In this document: one piece after another, positions 1 to 9,594 of the stretch | Numbering within the stretch: position 1 is the first letter of the stretch | Layout of the letters: the number at the start of each line of letters is the position of its first letter | NCBI GenBank assembly: GCA_938082855.1 | Contig: CALKCC010000082.1 | Location: forward strand, 179 to 64,178 | DNA: 64,000 nucleotides | Direction: 5' to 3' | DNA from: an uncultured Pirellulaceae bacterium | GTDB lineage: Bacteria > Planctomycetota > Planctomycetia > Pirellulales > Pirellulaceae | Position numbers and translations under genes: made by a program | The notes under the pieces: generated by a model | Told to the model about the DNA's origin: nothing | Databases searched by the model: none | Seen by the model: only the letters and a program-made list of their open reading frames with translations

Positions 1-23
1 TATGAGCCATTGGGAACTCGTCG

Positions 24-1619
24 CTACTGGTGATTGCCTGCCACCAATTCCGCGATCGTGAATTTCATAAACATGACATGGCTGCGGCTTCCTTCAAAGA
101 CAATTCCAACATGTTCGTCGTCGATCTGTACTAGGCTTGGATACCCAAAGCCTGTGAATTCATCGAGTAAGTGATGATGCGATTCAGGCCAGGTCATACC
201 ATCATCAAAGCTGACTTTGATTGTATGTCGTTCCCGTCGCTGCTGAGAATTTGGATTCGCGAATAGCAAAGCCGTTGCTTCCTGGCCATCCTGCATGTAC
301 TTGATCCGAATCGTGCTCCCGTTACAAACCGGCTCGATTAACCCGTTGTGATGAGTCGGATGAGGCGTCCAGGTTTTCCCCAAATCTTTAGTCACCATGA
401 CCGCTCGATGCATGTGAGCCTTATCTCGGCTGGAACGCATATTAAGCATCACGGAACCATCTAGCAATTCAACCGCCTGACATTCACTGGATACCTCGCC
501 AGTTGGATTACCGACTTTCCAGCTCCTTCCATGGTTCTTACTCGACATGATCGTGGAAAAAGGAGACCCTGCTGCATCTCGTCCCTGGACTGGCATTACC
601 AGAGTGCCACTTTTAGAAAGCGTAATTCCATTCTGCGGAGCGGGTGCAAACAATACCCATTCTTCCTTCTTAAGGTCTCGTGTGACATTTTGCAGCTCCG
701 ACCAGGTTTCACCATGGTCTTTGGAAACGGCGAGCAACATTTGTGCAGCCTTTCCGATTTCGTATCCAGCCTCACTTCCATCACCATTCCACTGATGTTT
801 GCCTGGCTTTCCATACATCCAAACCGCCCAGACAAAGATCTTGCCCGTCTTGGGGTCAACAATGACGCCCGGGTCACTAATGCCGTTCTGATCCTGAGGC
901 AGGCCTCCCCACTCGCCGCGATCCATAATCGGACGAGGCTTACTCCAAGTCTGTCCTCCGTCTGTACTTTTACTGAGACCGATATCGATATCTTCCTGTA
1001 AGTCTTTTGTCCGATTATGACGCATATCATAAAAGGCAAGCAGTGATCCGTCCTTGGCTCGCGTCACTGCGGGGATACGGTACGTGTGAGTTCCACCCTG
1101 GCCTTGCTGGCACAGTGCATATCCAATTCTCATCTTTCGTCCAGGCATTTTGTCCTGAGGTTTGATAAGTCCTTCGGTCGTTTCGATCTGACTACATTCA
1201 ACATCTATGTGGTGAAGCAGGCTCGCGGTGGACTTTAGTTTGCAAGAAAGCCAAAACCAATTGTCTCCCTTTTTAAGTGTGATACGGCGAGAAAAGATCA
1301 AGCGATCAGCTGGGGTATTCGCTGTTCCCACAGTCCATTCTGTGGATAGCTGTCCTTCCGGACCTCCCAGAAACAGAGTCATGGACCCGATGTCATGGAT
1401 ATCATCGGTGCCTTTGAAATCAAACTGAAGGGACTTGATTTCATATCCCTCCTCTTCAGCTGTCACTTTGAGTTCAACAATATTGTTCGTCTCCCGCCCA
1501 ATGAGTGCCGGGTAGGCCCGTTGCAGCTGGATGGCATGGATTACCGGAGCGGCGGAGAGCATCGGTAACTCAGAAAACAAAAAGGCAGTGATCAGGAAGG
1601 CAAGATATTTTAAACGCAT
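24..1619 (-). CDS. Exo-alpha-sialidase (BNR/Asp-box glycoside hydrolase), secreted
   Basis: 531-aa ORF with an N-terminal signal peptide (MRLKYLAFLITAFLFSELPMLSA). Carries the sialidase Arg motif YRIP (THTYRIPAV). Five Asp-box repeats S/T-x-D-x-G-x-T/S-W (STDGGQTWS, SKDHGETWS, SKNHGRSWK, TKDLGKTWT, SFDDGMTWP). Confidence 0.85.
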   Translation of the reverse strand: MRLKYLAFLITAFLFSELPMLSAAPVIHAIQLQRAYPALIGRETNNIVELKVTAEEEGYEIKSLQFDFKGTDDIHDIGSMTLFLGGPEGQLSTEWTVGTANTPADRLIFSRRITLKKGDNWFWLSCKLKSTASLLHHIDVECSQIETTEGLIKPQDKMPGRKMRIGYALCQQGQGGTHTYRIPAVTRAKDGSLLAFYDMRHNRTKDLQEDIDIGLSKSTDGGQTWSKPRPIMDRGEWGGLPQDQNGISDPGVIVDPKTGKIFVWAVWMYGKPGKHQWNGDGSEAGYEIGKAAQMLLAVSKDHGETWSELQNVTRDLKKEEWVLFAPAPQNGITLSKSGTLVMPVQGRDAAGSPFSTIMSSKNHGRSWKVGNPTGEVSSECQAVELLDGSVMLNMRSSRDKAHMHRAVMVTKDLGKTWTPHPTHHNGLIEPVCNGSTIRIKYMQDGQEATALLFANPNSQQRRERHTIKVSFDDGMTWPESHHHLLDEFTGFGYPSLVQIDDEHVGIVFEGSRSHVMFMKFTIAELVAGNHQ

Positions 1620-1701
1620 CGATACATCTCTCTATAATGAAGGCTCCGTCTTATCTTAACGGCTTTTAACCACTCACGCCTTTTCAAAAGACCCGTCCGT
1701 C

Positions 1702-2964
1702 ATGAATCGAAGATCGAATTCCTTTTGTCTGTCGCTGGTATGCATTAGCTGCTGGCTTCCTTTGGTATCGAGCCACATGGTGCTTGGCCAGTCTCCTAAA
1801 GGTGACAAGGATGATTTTCTGAATTGGCTCCAACACGACATCGAATCGTTTAACTCGGAACAACAGCCAGCAAGCTCGCATATCCAAGCGAATCTAGCAC
1901 TCGCTCGACTCGCCAAATTATCCGGCTCGGAAACACTGAATTCGGAAGCATTGTATAAGCGAGCTTTGCAGGTGGCCTCACAAAAAACGAATTTGCTATT
2001 CCATCGCTATCTCTTTTTATATGCCAAAGAAATCAACGACTTAAATCTGGCAGCCGAAATTGCAAAAGCTGCTTCCAAAGCCAAGACAACAGGTGACTCT
2101 CTTCAAAATCAATTAGCCATCCTTCAGTACAAAGCCGGAGACAAGAACGCAATCGCTGATTATCCCTCTGGCAAACAGACGTTTTTCTCTGCTATGAGTC
2201 TGGCACGAATGCATATAGAACTTGGAGAATTTCATCTGGCCGAACAGCTGGCGACTGACATTGAAATCACTGAAGAAAATGATCCGCTCGATGTAACCGG
2301 GCTCATATTGAAACAAATTGCTCAAGCCTTGCAACGACAGGGAAAGAAACCACAAGCGATTGAGTTTATTGATCGAGCGTACGACGTTGCTGGAAAGCAG
2401 TTTTACACCGGATTTGGAATTGAAGCGACGTATTTGGCCATGCACGGGTCCTTAGTTGAAAATGCTGAACGGTTGGCCAAGCGAGCTGTTGCCTATCGTG
2501 GGTTTCATGCCAGAGAATTAACGCAAGCATTGATTCGGGAACTGGTAGAGTACGGAGCATTAGATAAGGCTTTTGAAATGACACGCTTTCTCACCGAACG
2601 CGAAGAAGTAGATCAGTCGATTGGAGGGATCGCCTTAGCCCATGCAAAACGAGGTGACGACGTTAAGGCTCAACAGGTTTTGGAGATCATCAAAACTTCC
2701 TCGGCCAAATACCAGGCTCAAATTGCCCTGGCCTCATTCTATTTAATCGATGGCCGAGCAGAGCTTGCTCAGACACATGCGAATTCGACTCTAACGGAGA
2801 TGCAAAGGGATAGAGAAACTGAATTAGGTTACGAATCTCTTTTAATGTGCCGCTTACAATTAGGGTTAAGAAACTACACCGTTGCAAAACAACTGATCGA
2901 TCAAGCCGAAGGTAAATACAAAATCAAGATCCTCGTAGCCGCTGTGAAGGAGATGACTCGATGA
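1702..2964 (+). CDS. Hypothetical exported all-alpha (TPR-like) protein
   Basis: 420-aa ORF with a hydrophobic N-terminus (CLSLVCISCWLPLVSS). Ala/Leu-rich helical-repeat-like composition. 4-nt ATGA overlap with the next ORF. No family recognised. Confidence 0.5.
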   Translation: MNRRSNSFCLSLVCISCWLPLVSSHMVLGQSPKGDKDDFLNWLQHDIESFNSEQQPASSHIQANLALARLAKLSGSETLNSEALYKRALQVASQKTNLLFHRYLFLYAKEINDLNLAAEIAKAASKAKTTGDSLQNQLAILQYKAGDKNAIADYPSGKQTFFSAMSLARMHIELGEFHLAEQLATDIEITEENDPLDVTGLILKQIAQALQRQGKKPQAIEFIDRAYDVAGKQFYTGFGIEATYLAMHGSLVENAERLAKRAVAYRGFHARELTQALIRELVEYGALDKAFEMTRFLTEREEVDQSIGGIALAHAKRGDDVKAQQVLEIIKTSSAKYQAQIALASFYLIDGRAELAQTHANSTLTEMQRDRETELGYESLLMCRLQLGLRNYTVAKQLIDQAEGKYKIKILVAAVKEMTR

Positions 2965-3953
2965 AAATCCTACTGAAAAGTCTACTCGGTATCTGCTGTC
3001 TCGCTGCATGCATAATGACCAGCTCGGGTTACGCAATGGATCCGATCTATATGGGGTCAGATCGCTTTGTCATAAAACAGGCAGAAGCGTCATCGACGTA
3101 TCAACTCTATTGCCCAAAGAAAGACAACTGGACAGGTTATACTTTTCCAGAGGAGCAACAAACGCAGCCGGTACTTTCCTCTTCGGCAGCGTTATTCCGT
3201 TTAAATGGGATTCGCATCGAGAAATTGGTTGCCTGTAGCCCTCTTGGAAAGTGGAGTACCTACACGTTAAAAAAACCACTCGTAGGTGAAGCACTACCAA
3301 TCATTGGCGAGTCTGTCGGTGCCTACTATTTACCCGGGCGGGTCGTGGCCTACAGCGGAGTTTCAAATTCGTGGGGCGCTATCCAAGCTGAACGCCCGCC
3401 CTATGTGATGGAAGATACCGTCATCGCATATACGTCAGATGTATACTCCGCGTTTAGTGCACATTCCGGATCTTGGAGTTCCGTAAGTAAAGTGAATCCG
3501 CACGGACACATTGTGACGCGAGATCTGATCGCCGTCACCGGATTAGATGAACGTACGCTTCATGTATTTTCTAGACAGAAGGGTAGATGGCAAAGCCATA
3601 CGTTTGCCGAAGGCATCGAGTTTCGTCCCGTCATGAGCGAAGGGGTGGCCGCTTTTAGTACGATTGGAAATAATCAAAAGCGACTCTATGCGGTCGGCGG
3701 TAACGGCAAGTGGACTTCCACAAAACTCGAACCTTCCTTTTCAGGTACGATTAGTCCGATTGTCAGCGACGAAATCGCCTGTTTTGATATCGGTGACCAT
3801 GTGATTGGTTTTAGTAGTACAAATGGAAAGTGGGACACGGTTAAGTCCACGGGACACCCATCCGTACATCAATCGAGCATTGTCATTCAGGAAGAGGGTA
3901 GCGTCTTAATCTTTAATTCGGAAACTGGACGCTGGAGCCGTGGCTACCGTTAA
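2961..3953 (+). CDS. Hypothetical lipoprotein with eight ~34-41-residue repeats ending in G-x-W (beta-propeller-like)
   Basis: 330-aa ORF with lipobox CLAAC near the N-terminus. Trp residues at 57, 98, 138, 172, 210, 251, 291 and 325, each in the context [YF]-[SC]-x3-5-[GN]-x-W. Start overlaps the upstream stop (ATGA). Confidence 0.55.
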   Translation: MKILLKSLLGICCLAACIMTSSGYAMDPIYMGSDRFVIKQAEASSTYQLYCPKKDNWTGYTFPEEQQTQPVLSSSAALFRLNGIRIEKLVACSPLGKWSTYTLKKPLVGEALPIIGESVGAYYLPGRVVAYSGVSNSWGAIQAERPPYVMEDTVIAYTSDVYSAFSAHSGSWSSVSKVNPHGHIVTRDLIAVTGLDERTLHVFSRQKGRWQSHTFAEGIEFRPVMSEGVAAFSTIGNNQKRLYAVGGNGKWTSTKLEPSFSGTISPIVSDEIACFDIGDHVIGFSSTNGKWDTVKSTGHPSVHQSSIVIQEEGSVLIFNSETGRWSRGYR

Positions 3954-3972
3954 CGGCGGTAAAGGTTGTGGC

Positions 3973-4953
3973 TCAGTCTTTCAGATAGCCGTGCTCTTTA
4001 AACCATGTCCACGCATCTTCAACCGTCTTTCGCCCATCGGTTATCGAGTAACCCAACTCATCAATGGCGCGTGTGCTGTCGTAGTAATGGAATAACGAAC
4101 CCATTTTGATCGCAGCCGAGTTGATATCGGGTTCACGGCGGATGATTTTCCCGAAGATGTCTCCCACGAATCCCGCAAAAGCGCGAATGGCAGGACCCAT
4201 TTTTCGTTTGGGAGGACGAGTGCCTGCGACTTCAGCAAACAGGCACCAGGCATCATAGTAAGAAATCGTTATGCCGCCCAGAATATAATTACGCCCCGCT
4301 TCACCACGTTCTAAGGCCGCCAGAATTCCATTGGCAACATCTAAGATATGACACAGGGTCATTCCACCGCTCGGTGCAATCGGTGGCTGTTTGGTGATCA
4401 CTTCCACCAGCATTTTCCCTGAAGAGGGTTTCCAATCAAATGGCCCTAACATGAATCCTGGATTCACGATCACCGCATCCAATCCGGCATGGATAACTTC
4501 TTGGAGTGCCGCTTCTGCTTCCGTTTTACTCACGACATAGGAACATTGCGTTTTCCCTGTTCTGGGTGTCTCTTCGTTAGCAGGCTGTTCTTCGGTCCCA
4601 ATTCCTAATGCATCGACACTCGATACATAGACCATCCGGATGTTTTTTTCGTGCGCTGCCTTCGCAACATTAACCGTACCGCCAACGTTTACCTGACGTT
4701 GACGATCAAGTTGCGACCAACCGATTTGCACCATCGCAGCAACATGGATCACAGCTTCAATACCTTCACAGGCTAATGAAACACTTTCAGCGTCGCAGAT
4801 GTCGCCTTCGATCAACTCTACATCCAAACCTTCAAAGCATGGTTGTGGTGTGGTGTTCCGAACGAGTGCCCGGACTTGATGCCCTCTTTCGAGTAGCAAT
4901 CGTATTACGTTGTTACCGACAATACCGGTACCGCCTGTAACGAGTATTGGCAT
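3973..4953 (-). CDS. NAD(P)-dependent epimerase/dehydratase (extended SDR, HpnA/dihydroflavonol-reductase-like)
   Basis: 326-aa ORF with Rossmann motif VTGGTGIVG at the N-terminus and a YxxxK-type active-site segment (SYVVSK). Length and layout are typical of extended SDRs. Confidence 0.85.
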   Translation of the reverse strand: MPILVTGGTGIVGNNVIRLLLERGHQVRALVRNTTPQPCFEGLDVELIEGDICDAESVSLACEGIEAVIHVAAMVQIGWSQLDRQRQVNVGGTVNVAKAAHEKNIRMVYVSSVDALGIGTEEQPANEETPRTGKTQCSYVVSKTEAEAALQEVIHAGLDAVIVNPGFMLGPFDWKPSSGKMLVEVITKQPPIAPSGGMTLCHILDVANGILAALERGEAGRNYILGGITISYYDAWCLFAEVAGTRPPKRKMGPAIRAFAGFVGDIFGKIIRREPDINSAAIKMGSLFHYYDSTRAIDELGYSITDGRKTVEDAWTWFKEHGYLKD

Positions 4954-5198
4954 CCAAGATCTTTCAAAAACTCCGCCTGGTCACTTCCTGGCGGTGGGAG
5001 AGGGAAAAACTCAATCTACCAGCGAATGCCGAACTCGTCGTTACACAATGTCCAAGAAAAACCATTTAATCGTGAGGCGACGGCAAGCTAGGAAAGGTTT
5101 GACGAAAAAAATCTAATTAAGCGCGCCTACCATGCATGTTTTTTGCACCAGTAGATAAAGAGTGTTTCTTTTAAATTGTGTTTTTTAGGAGTGTTGAA

Positions 5199-5579
5199 AT
5201 GGATCCTGATTTAGCCGCAGGTGGCTTATTAGCCGGATTAGGTGCAATGTTATTTGTTTACATTGGTGTTATTGTATTGACTATTGTCGCAATGGCCAAA
5301 GTCTATAGTAAAGCAGGAAAACCTGGAATCGCAGCCATCGTGCCCATTTGGAATATCGTTGTTCTCTGCGAAATCACGGGAAAATCACCCGTATGGATAA
5401 TCCTGTTGATGATTCCCTTTGTGAACATCATATGCAGCATTATTTTGTTAAATGAGTTGTCCAAATCGTTTGGGAAAGATGCGGGATTTACTGTTGGACT
5501 AATATTCCTCAGTCCAATATTCCTGATGATTTTAGGATTTGGTTCTGCCCAATATATAGGTCCCTCGGCAGCTGCTTAA
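5199..5579 (+). CDS. Small integral membrane protein (DUF5684-like)
   Basis: ATG at 5199 is preceded by AGGAG (5187-5191). Three or four TM segments. The motif KAGKPGIAAIVPIWNIVVLCEITGKSPVWIILLMIPFVN resembles DUF5684 as I remember it. The ORF-track start 5178 (GTG) is less likely. Confidence 0.6.
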   Translation: MDPDLAAGGLLAGLGAMLFVYIGVIVLTIVAMAKVYSKAGKPGIAAIVPIWNIVVLCEITGKSPVWIILLMIPFVNIICSIILLNELSKSFGKDAGFTVGLIFLSPIFLMILGFGSAQYIGPSAAA

Positions 5580-5600
5580 TCGCTTAACTCAAAATCACTT

Positions 5601-5640
5601 AAAACGGCGTTGATGACGATAGTCTCAACGCCGTTTTTTG
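5601..5640 (+). terminator. Rho-independent terminator
   Basis: Perfect 11-bp stem AACGGCGTTGA (5603-5613) / TCAACGCCGTT (5625-5635) followed by TTTTT, 22 nt after the stop at 5579. Confidence 0.75.
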
Positions 5641-5719
5641 ATTGGTGCCTCTTGTTCCTCCGCCGCGTTATAATCAACTATACCTATCGCCTGCGGCTCC
5701 AAGGATCAGGAACATCCAA

Positions 5720-7045
5720 ATGCTCAAACGCTCGTCACTATTTGCTTTCGTTATTCTGGCTCTTAGTACAACACTTACATCTGCAGCTGAATTGGCCAAC
5801 ATCATTTACGTGATGGTCGATGATCTGGGGTATGGTGATCTTGGTTGTTACGGACAACAAACCATCACCACTCCGCACATCGATAAACTCGCTAAAGAAG
5901 GCATGCGATTTACCGATCACTATGCGGGTCACACTGTCTGTCGTCCATCTCGTCTTGTGTTACTCACAGGTAAACATAGCGGCAATACACCCATCCACGG
6001 TAATACACAGTATTACTTTCCTCCCAATACCCAAACGGTCACCACGTTACTCAAACAAGCAGGATATACTACTGGGGGCGTTGGAAAGTGGGCACTCGGA
6101 CCACCTCAAACAACCGGCGTACCCTCGAAGCAGGGATTTGATTATTGGTTCGGTTATTTAGATCAGAGTCGAGCTCATAACTTCTATCCCGAGTATTTAT
6201 GGGAAAACGAAACTAAGTTTCCACTCAGTGGAAACGTCGAAGGCCCAAAGAAAAATGTATCCACTGAACGAGTTACTTATTCGCATGACGTGATGCATGA
6301 AAAGGCACTGGCCTTTATACGTGAAAATGCCAGTGAACCATTTTTCCTGCAAGCTCACTACACGATCCCTCACACAAATAACGAGGGAGGCCGAGCAACC
6401 GGTAATGGTCAGGAAGTACCAGACTACGGCGCGTATGCCAGTAAGGACTGGCCCGCTCCGGAACGTGGGTTTGCTGCAATGATCTCACGACTGGACAGTG
6501 ATATCGGTGAGATGATGATGCTCTTGCAGGAACTCAAGATCGATCGTCAGACGTTAGTTATCTTCACCTCGGATAATGGGCCACACCAGGAAGGCGGGCA
6601 TAAGATGGAGTTCTTTAATTCCAACGGAGAGCTGCGAGGATACAAACGCGATCTATATGATGGTGGAATCCGAGTGCCCATGATTGCGCGATGGCCAGGC
6701 GTCATTCAACCCGGTACTACATCCAATCACCCATCTGCGTTTTGGGATTTCCTGCCGACTGCCTGCGAGCTGGCCAAGATTGAACCACCTGCCGACACGG
6801 ATGGGATATCCTATCTGTCAACGCTCTTAGGAAAACCTCAGGATCAACATGAATATTTGTTCTGGCGAGCAGGGCAAAAATTTGCTGTCCGCCGAGGTGA
6901 GTGGAAGGCCGTGCGCCTCAATGATAAGGCGGCAGTGGAGCTTTATAACCTGAAAGAGGATTTGGGCGAACAAGATAATCTTGCCAGCAAACACCCTGAA
7001 TTAGTGGGTGAATTTGAAGCCATCATTGCAAAACATCAGCAATAA
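5720..7045 (+). CDS. Arylsulfatase (type I sulfatase, formylglycine-dependent), secreted
   Basis: Signal peptide MLKRSSLFAFVILALSTTLTSAA. Metal-site motif VMVDDLGYGD. Canonical C-x-P-S-R (CRPSRLVLLTG). Downstream sulfatase motifs GKW and SDNGP. The start is taken at the ATG at 5720, after the upstream terminator, not at 5642. Confidence 0.9.
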   Translation: MLKRSSLFAFVILALSTTLTSAAELANIIYVMVDDLGYGDLGCYGQQTITTPHIDKLAKEGMRFTDHYAGHTVCRPSRLVLLTGKHSGNTPIHGNTQYYFPPNTQTVTTLLKQAGYTTGGVGKWALGPPQTTGVPSKQGFDYWFGYLDQSRAHNFYPEYLWENETKFPLSGNVEGPKKNVSTERVTYSHDVMHEKALAFIRENASEPFFLQAHYTIPHTNNEGGRATGNGQEVPDYGAYASKDWPAPERGFAAMISRLDSDIGEMMMLLQELKIDRQTLVIFTSDNGPHQEGGHKMEFFNSNGELRGYKRDLYDGGIRVPMIARWPGVIQPGTTSNHPSAFWDFLPTACELAKIEPPADTDGISYLSTLLGKPQDQHEYLFWRAGQKFAVRRGEWKAVRLNDKAAVELYNLKEDLGEQDNLASKHPELVGEFEAIIAKHQQ

Positions 7046-7095
7046 TACAAACAACCGTATTAGGTTTAATCAAGGAAGTCACACAAGCTACCATC

Positions 7096-8217
7096 GTGAA
7101 ATCAGCTACATTTCAGCCCGGGTATATTTTGGACCGTCGTGGAGATGCGATTTGGTTTTTGGGGCTTCCTTACATCGCCGTCTTATTCGCAATCAGTTGC
7201 CAGATGTGGCTTCCTGCAGTTGCTCTGGCATCCATCAGTCTCTGGATCACGATTCCCCATCATTTCGCAACCTGGCTTCGCACCTATGGATTTAAAGAAG
7301 ACCTGTCGCGATGGAAAGAACGGCTGATTATTGGCCCAGTCATTATTTTCACACTGACCATTCTGGGGGCTATCTATGTACCGTTGACCTTCTTCATGGT
7401 GAACGTACTCTGGGATCATCAGCACAGCATCATGCAACAGCATGGTTTCAGCCGAATCTACGACTTTAAGTCCGGGACTGGCACTAAACGAAGTGGAAAA
7501 TTTGACCTCGGGTTCCACTGGGTTTTCTTTGGGAACATGTTGATTACCTCGCCTTTGTTTAGCACGATCTGGATTGCGCAGTTCGCTTCCATGGGGCTTC
7601 TTCCCGACGCCTCAACCGTCCAATTGGTACAGTCCGTGAGTTGGGCCATCACAATTAGTTACGGTATTGTTTACTTACTTCAGCTTATTCAGGGCGTCCG
7701 TCAGGGACAAAAAATCAACCCCATCAAATATGTGTTCATTGGATCCAGTTATTTTCTCTGGTACTTTTGTGCATGGCACGCCTCGTCGGTATTGGTCTGG
7801 GGAATTGCTCATCGCATCATGCACGGACTTCAATACATCATCATTGTTTATTGGTACCTCCGCAGGAAAGCAGAAACCGATCAAACGGCTGACATCCCGG
7901 TTGAAGGTCTCGGATTCAAATTAGTTCGATACATGGTGGCATCCAAACGAGTCTGGGCTTTCGTCGCTATCAGTGTTGTTTATGCCGCCTTGTTCCAATT
8001 AGTACTGCTTGAACCTATCGAAGTATTTGGCTTTGGAGTCTTCCGGATCTCTGAGGTGGATCGAACCATAGAGTCACTCAGGAATATCGGGATGACCGAT
8101 GCTATGTGGCAGGGTGTATATGCCGAGATCCTGGTAGCCGGGTTTGGAATGACGCATTTTTACTTCGACTCTTTCATATGGAAAGTCCGCGATAAAAAAG
8201 TTCAGAAGGGGCTGTAA
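7096..8217 (+). CDS. Polytopic membrane protein with conserved-looking His clusters, family unknown
   Basis: 373-aa ORF with a GTG start and about 9-10 hydrophobic segments. His-rich motifs PHHFATW, WDHQHSIMQQHGF, AHRIMHGLQY and THFYFDSFIWKVR. The stop is 2 nt before the next start. Confidence 0.55.
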   Translation: MKSATFQPGYILDRRGDAIWFLGLPYIAVLFAISCQMWLPAVALASISLWITIPHHFATWLRTYGFKEDLSRWKERLIIGPVIIFTLTILGAIYVPLTFFMVNVLWDHQHSIMQQHGFSRIYDFKSGTGTKRSGKFDLGFHWVFFGNMLITSPLFSTIWIAQFASMGLLPDASTVQLVQSVSWAITISYGIVYLLQLIQGVRQGQKINPIKYVFIGSSYFLWYFCAWHASSVLVWGIAHRIMHGLQYIIIVYWYLRRKAETDQTADIPVEGLGFKLVRYMVASKRVWAFVAISVVYAALFQLVLLEPIEVFGFGVFRISEVDRTIESLRNIGMTDAMWQGVYAEILVAGFGMTHFYFDSFIWKVRDKKVQKGL

Positions 8218-8219
8218 GG

Positions 8220-9581
8220 ATGGTGGAGCTAATCCAAAAATACCGAATCCTTATCATCGTCTCCCTGGCGTTTGCTGGCGGAGCCTGGTACGAGTTGACG
8301 TTCGTTGACCAGTCGACGTCTTACGTGTCTGCCATGGCAGCTCCTAATCCAGCTGCCGAGGTGCTAATCGAACTTTACCCACAGCGTTTAGGGACCAAAT
8401 GTCTGGAAGCCGATCAGGCTTTGTATCTACGATATGACCTCGAAGCCGCCAAGAAGAACCTTGAAGAGGCCTTAGCCAATAATTACAAAGACGACCCAAG
8501 CTATTATTACAATTACGCTTCAGTTGTCGTGATGCTGGATGAGCCGCGGGACGTGGTGGAAGAAGCCGTCCGGCAATGGCGAGCTAATGGCATTCCGGTT
8601 CAGGAAGAGTTGGACCCAAGACTTATCTACAAAAACGTCAGTTTCCCACTACCGCCGGACGAAGGCTTGACGCAACTATTGGCCAAATCGCTCGATGGGC
8701 GCCGAGTCGTCATGGCTCCTGAAATGGCACCTGGCGGCGATCGTTTTTTTGCTCAGGTGCATCACCTGTTTGAGAACAACTCAGCGTATCGCACAAGCAA
8801 TATCTCAGCCAACTCTCGATTCACAGCTCTCAATCTATCACCAAACGGCTCTCATCTGATTACGGCAAACGAAGGTGGTACCATTGCCATCTTGGATTTG
8901 GATCAACAACAAGCGTTGCATCGTCTGAGTAATCCTAGCGGCGATGTCTATGCCGTCGCAGTCTTACCAACTCATAACCTTGCCGTGACAGGTGACCATG
9001 CCGGAGTCCTACGATTATGGGATCTGACCAGTGGTGAAGCGATGGCCACACTCCAGGGATCGGAACGGCCTCTATCGTCCCTTGCCATTTCACCTGACCA
9101 ATCCCACATTGCGGCGGGAGATTGGAATGGCGACATCAAAGTATGGCGTCTTTCGCCAGCTGACAACAAACCACTATTAGAATTGGTCTCGCTAAATCCT
9201 TCTGCCCATCAGGGCGTTATTACAAATCTCGTGTTTAACTCAGACGGAACTCAATTAGCCAGTGCCAGCCGCGACCATAAGGCTCGAATGTGGAAACTGG
9301 ATTCGACTCCGAAGGAACTCTTTCAGGTGGAACACAAAGCCCCTGTCTATGGTTTAGACATTTCACCTGATGGAAGTTATCTGGCGACATCCGGAGAAGA
9401 CCGACAGATTAAGATTTGGGATACTGCGTCTGGAGACGAGCATAAACAAATTGAAGTAATTGGAGTATTCGCTGATGGCGAACAGATTGCGATACCCATT
9501 TACTCTGTCTTGTTTTCGATGGACTCGCAGGAAGTTATCGTCGTCAATAATCGGCAGGAAATTCAGAAATTCGATTACTAA
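8220..9581 (+). CDS. Membrane-anchored WD40-repeat protein
   Basis: 453-aa ORF with an N-terminal TM helix (ILIIVSLAFAGGAWY). The C-terminal half has WD40 repeats (VLRLWDL, DIKVWRL, KARMWKL, QIKIWDT). Confidence 0.8.
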   Translation: MVELIQKYRILIIVSLAFAGGAWYELTFVDQSTSYVSAMAAPNPAAEVLIELYPQRLGTKCLEADQALYLRYDLEAAKKNLEEALANNYKDDPSYYYNYASVVVMLDEPRDVVEEAVRQWRANGIPVQEELDPRLIYKNVSFPLPPDEGLTQLLAKSLDGRRVVMAPEMAPGGDRFFAQVHHLFENNSAYRTSNISANSRFTALNLSPNGSHLITANEGGTIAILDLDQQQALHRLSNPSGDVYAVAVLPTHNLAVTGDHAGVLRLWDLTSGEAMATLQGSERPLSSLAISPDQSHIAAGDWNGDIKVWRLSPADNKPLLELVSLNPSAHQGVITNLVFNSDGTQLASASRDHKARMWKLDSTPKELFQVEHKAPVYGLDISPDGSYLATSGEDRQIKIWDTASGDEHKQIEVIGVFADGEQIAIPIYSVLFSMDSQEVIVVNNRQEIQKFDY

Positions 9582-9594
9582 AGTTATGTGAGTC

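Noticed and set aside
531-1039. Overlapping 82-156-aa ORFs inside and antisense to the sialidase gene. Many similar 60-150-aa ORFs in the track are nested in larger genes.
   Set aside because: They lie wholly within long ORFs that have clear family motifs. They have low-complexity, Arg/Ser/Cys-rich translations typical of off-frame reads, and no start context.
5048-5116. A 22-codon, very basic mini-ORF (MSKKNHLIVRRRQARKGLTKKI) in the divergent region between the epimerase and DUF5684 genes. It is faintly ribosomal-protein-like.
   Set aside because: It has no Shine-Dalgarno-like sequence and does not match bL34/bL36 or any other small ribosomal protein I know. Its length and composition are compatible with chance in a promoter region.
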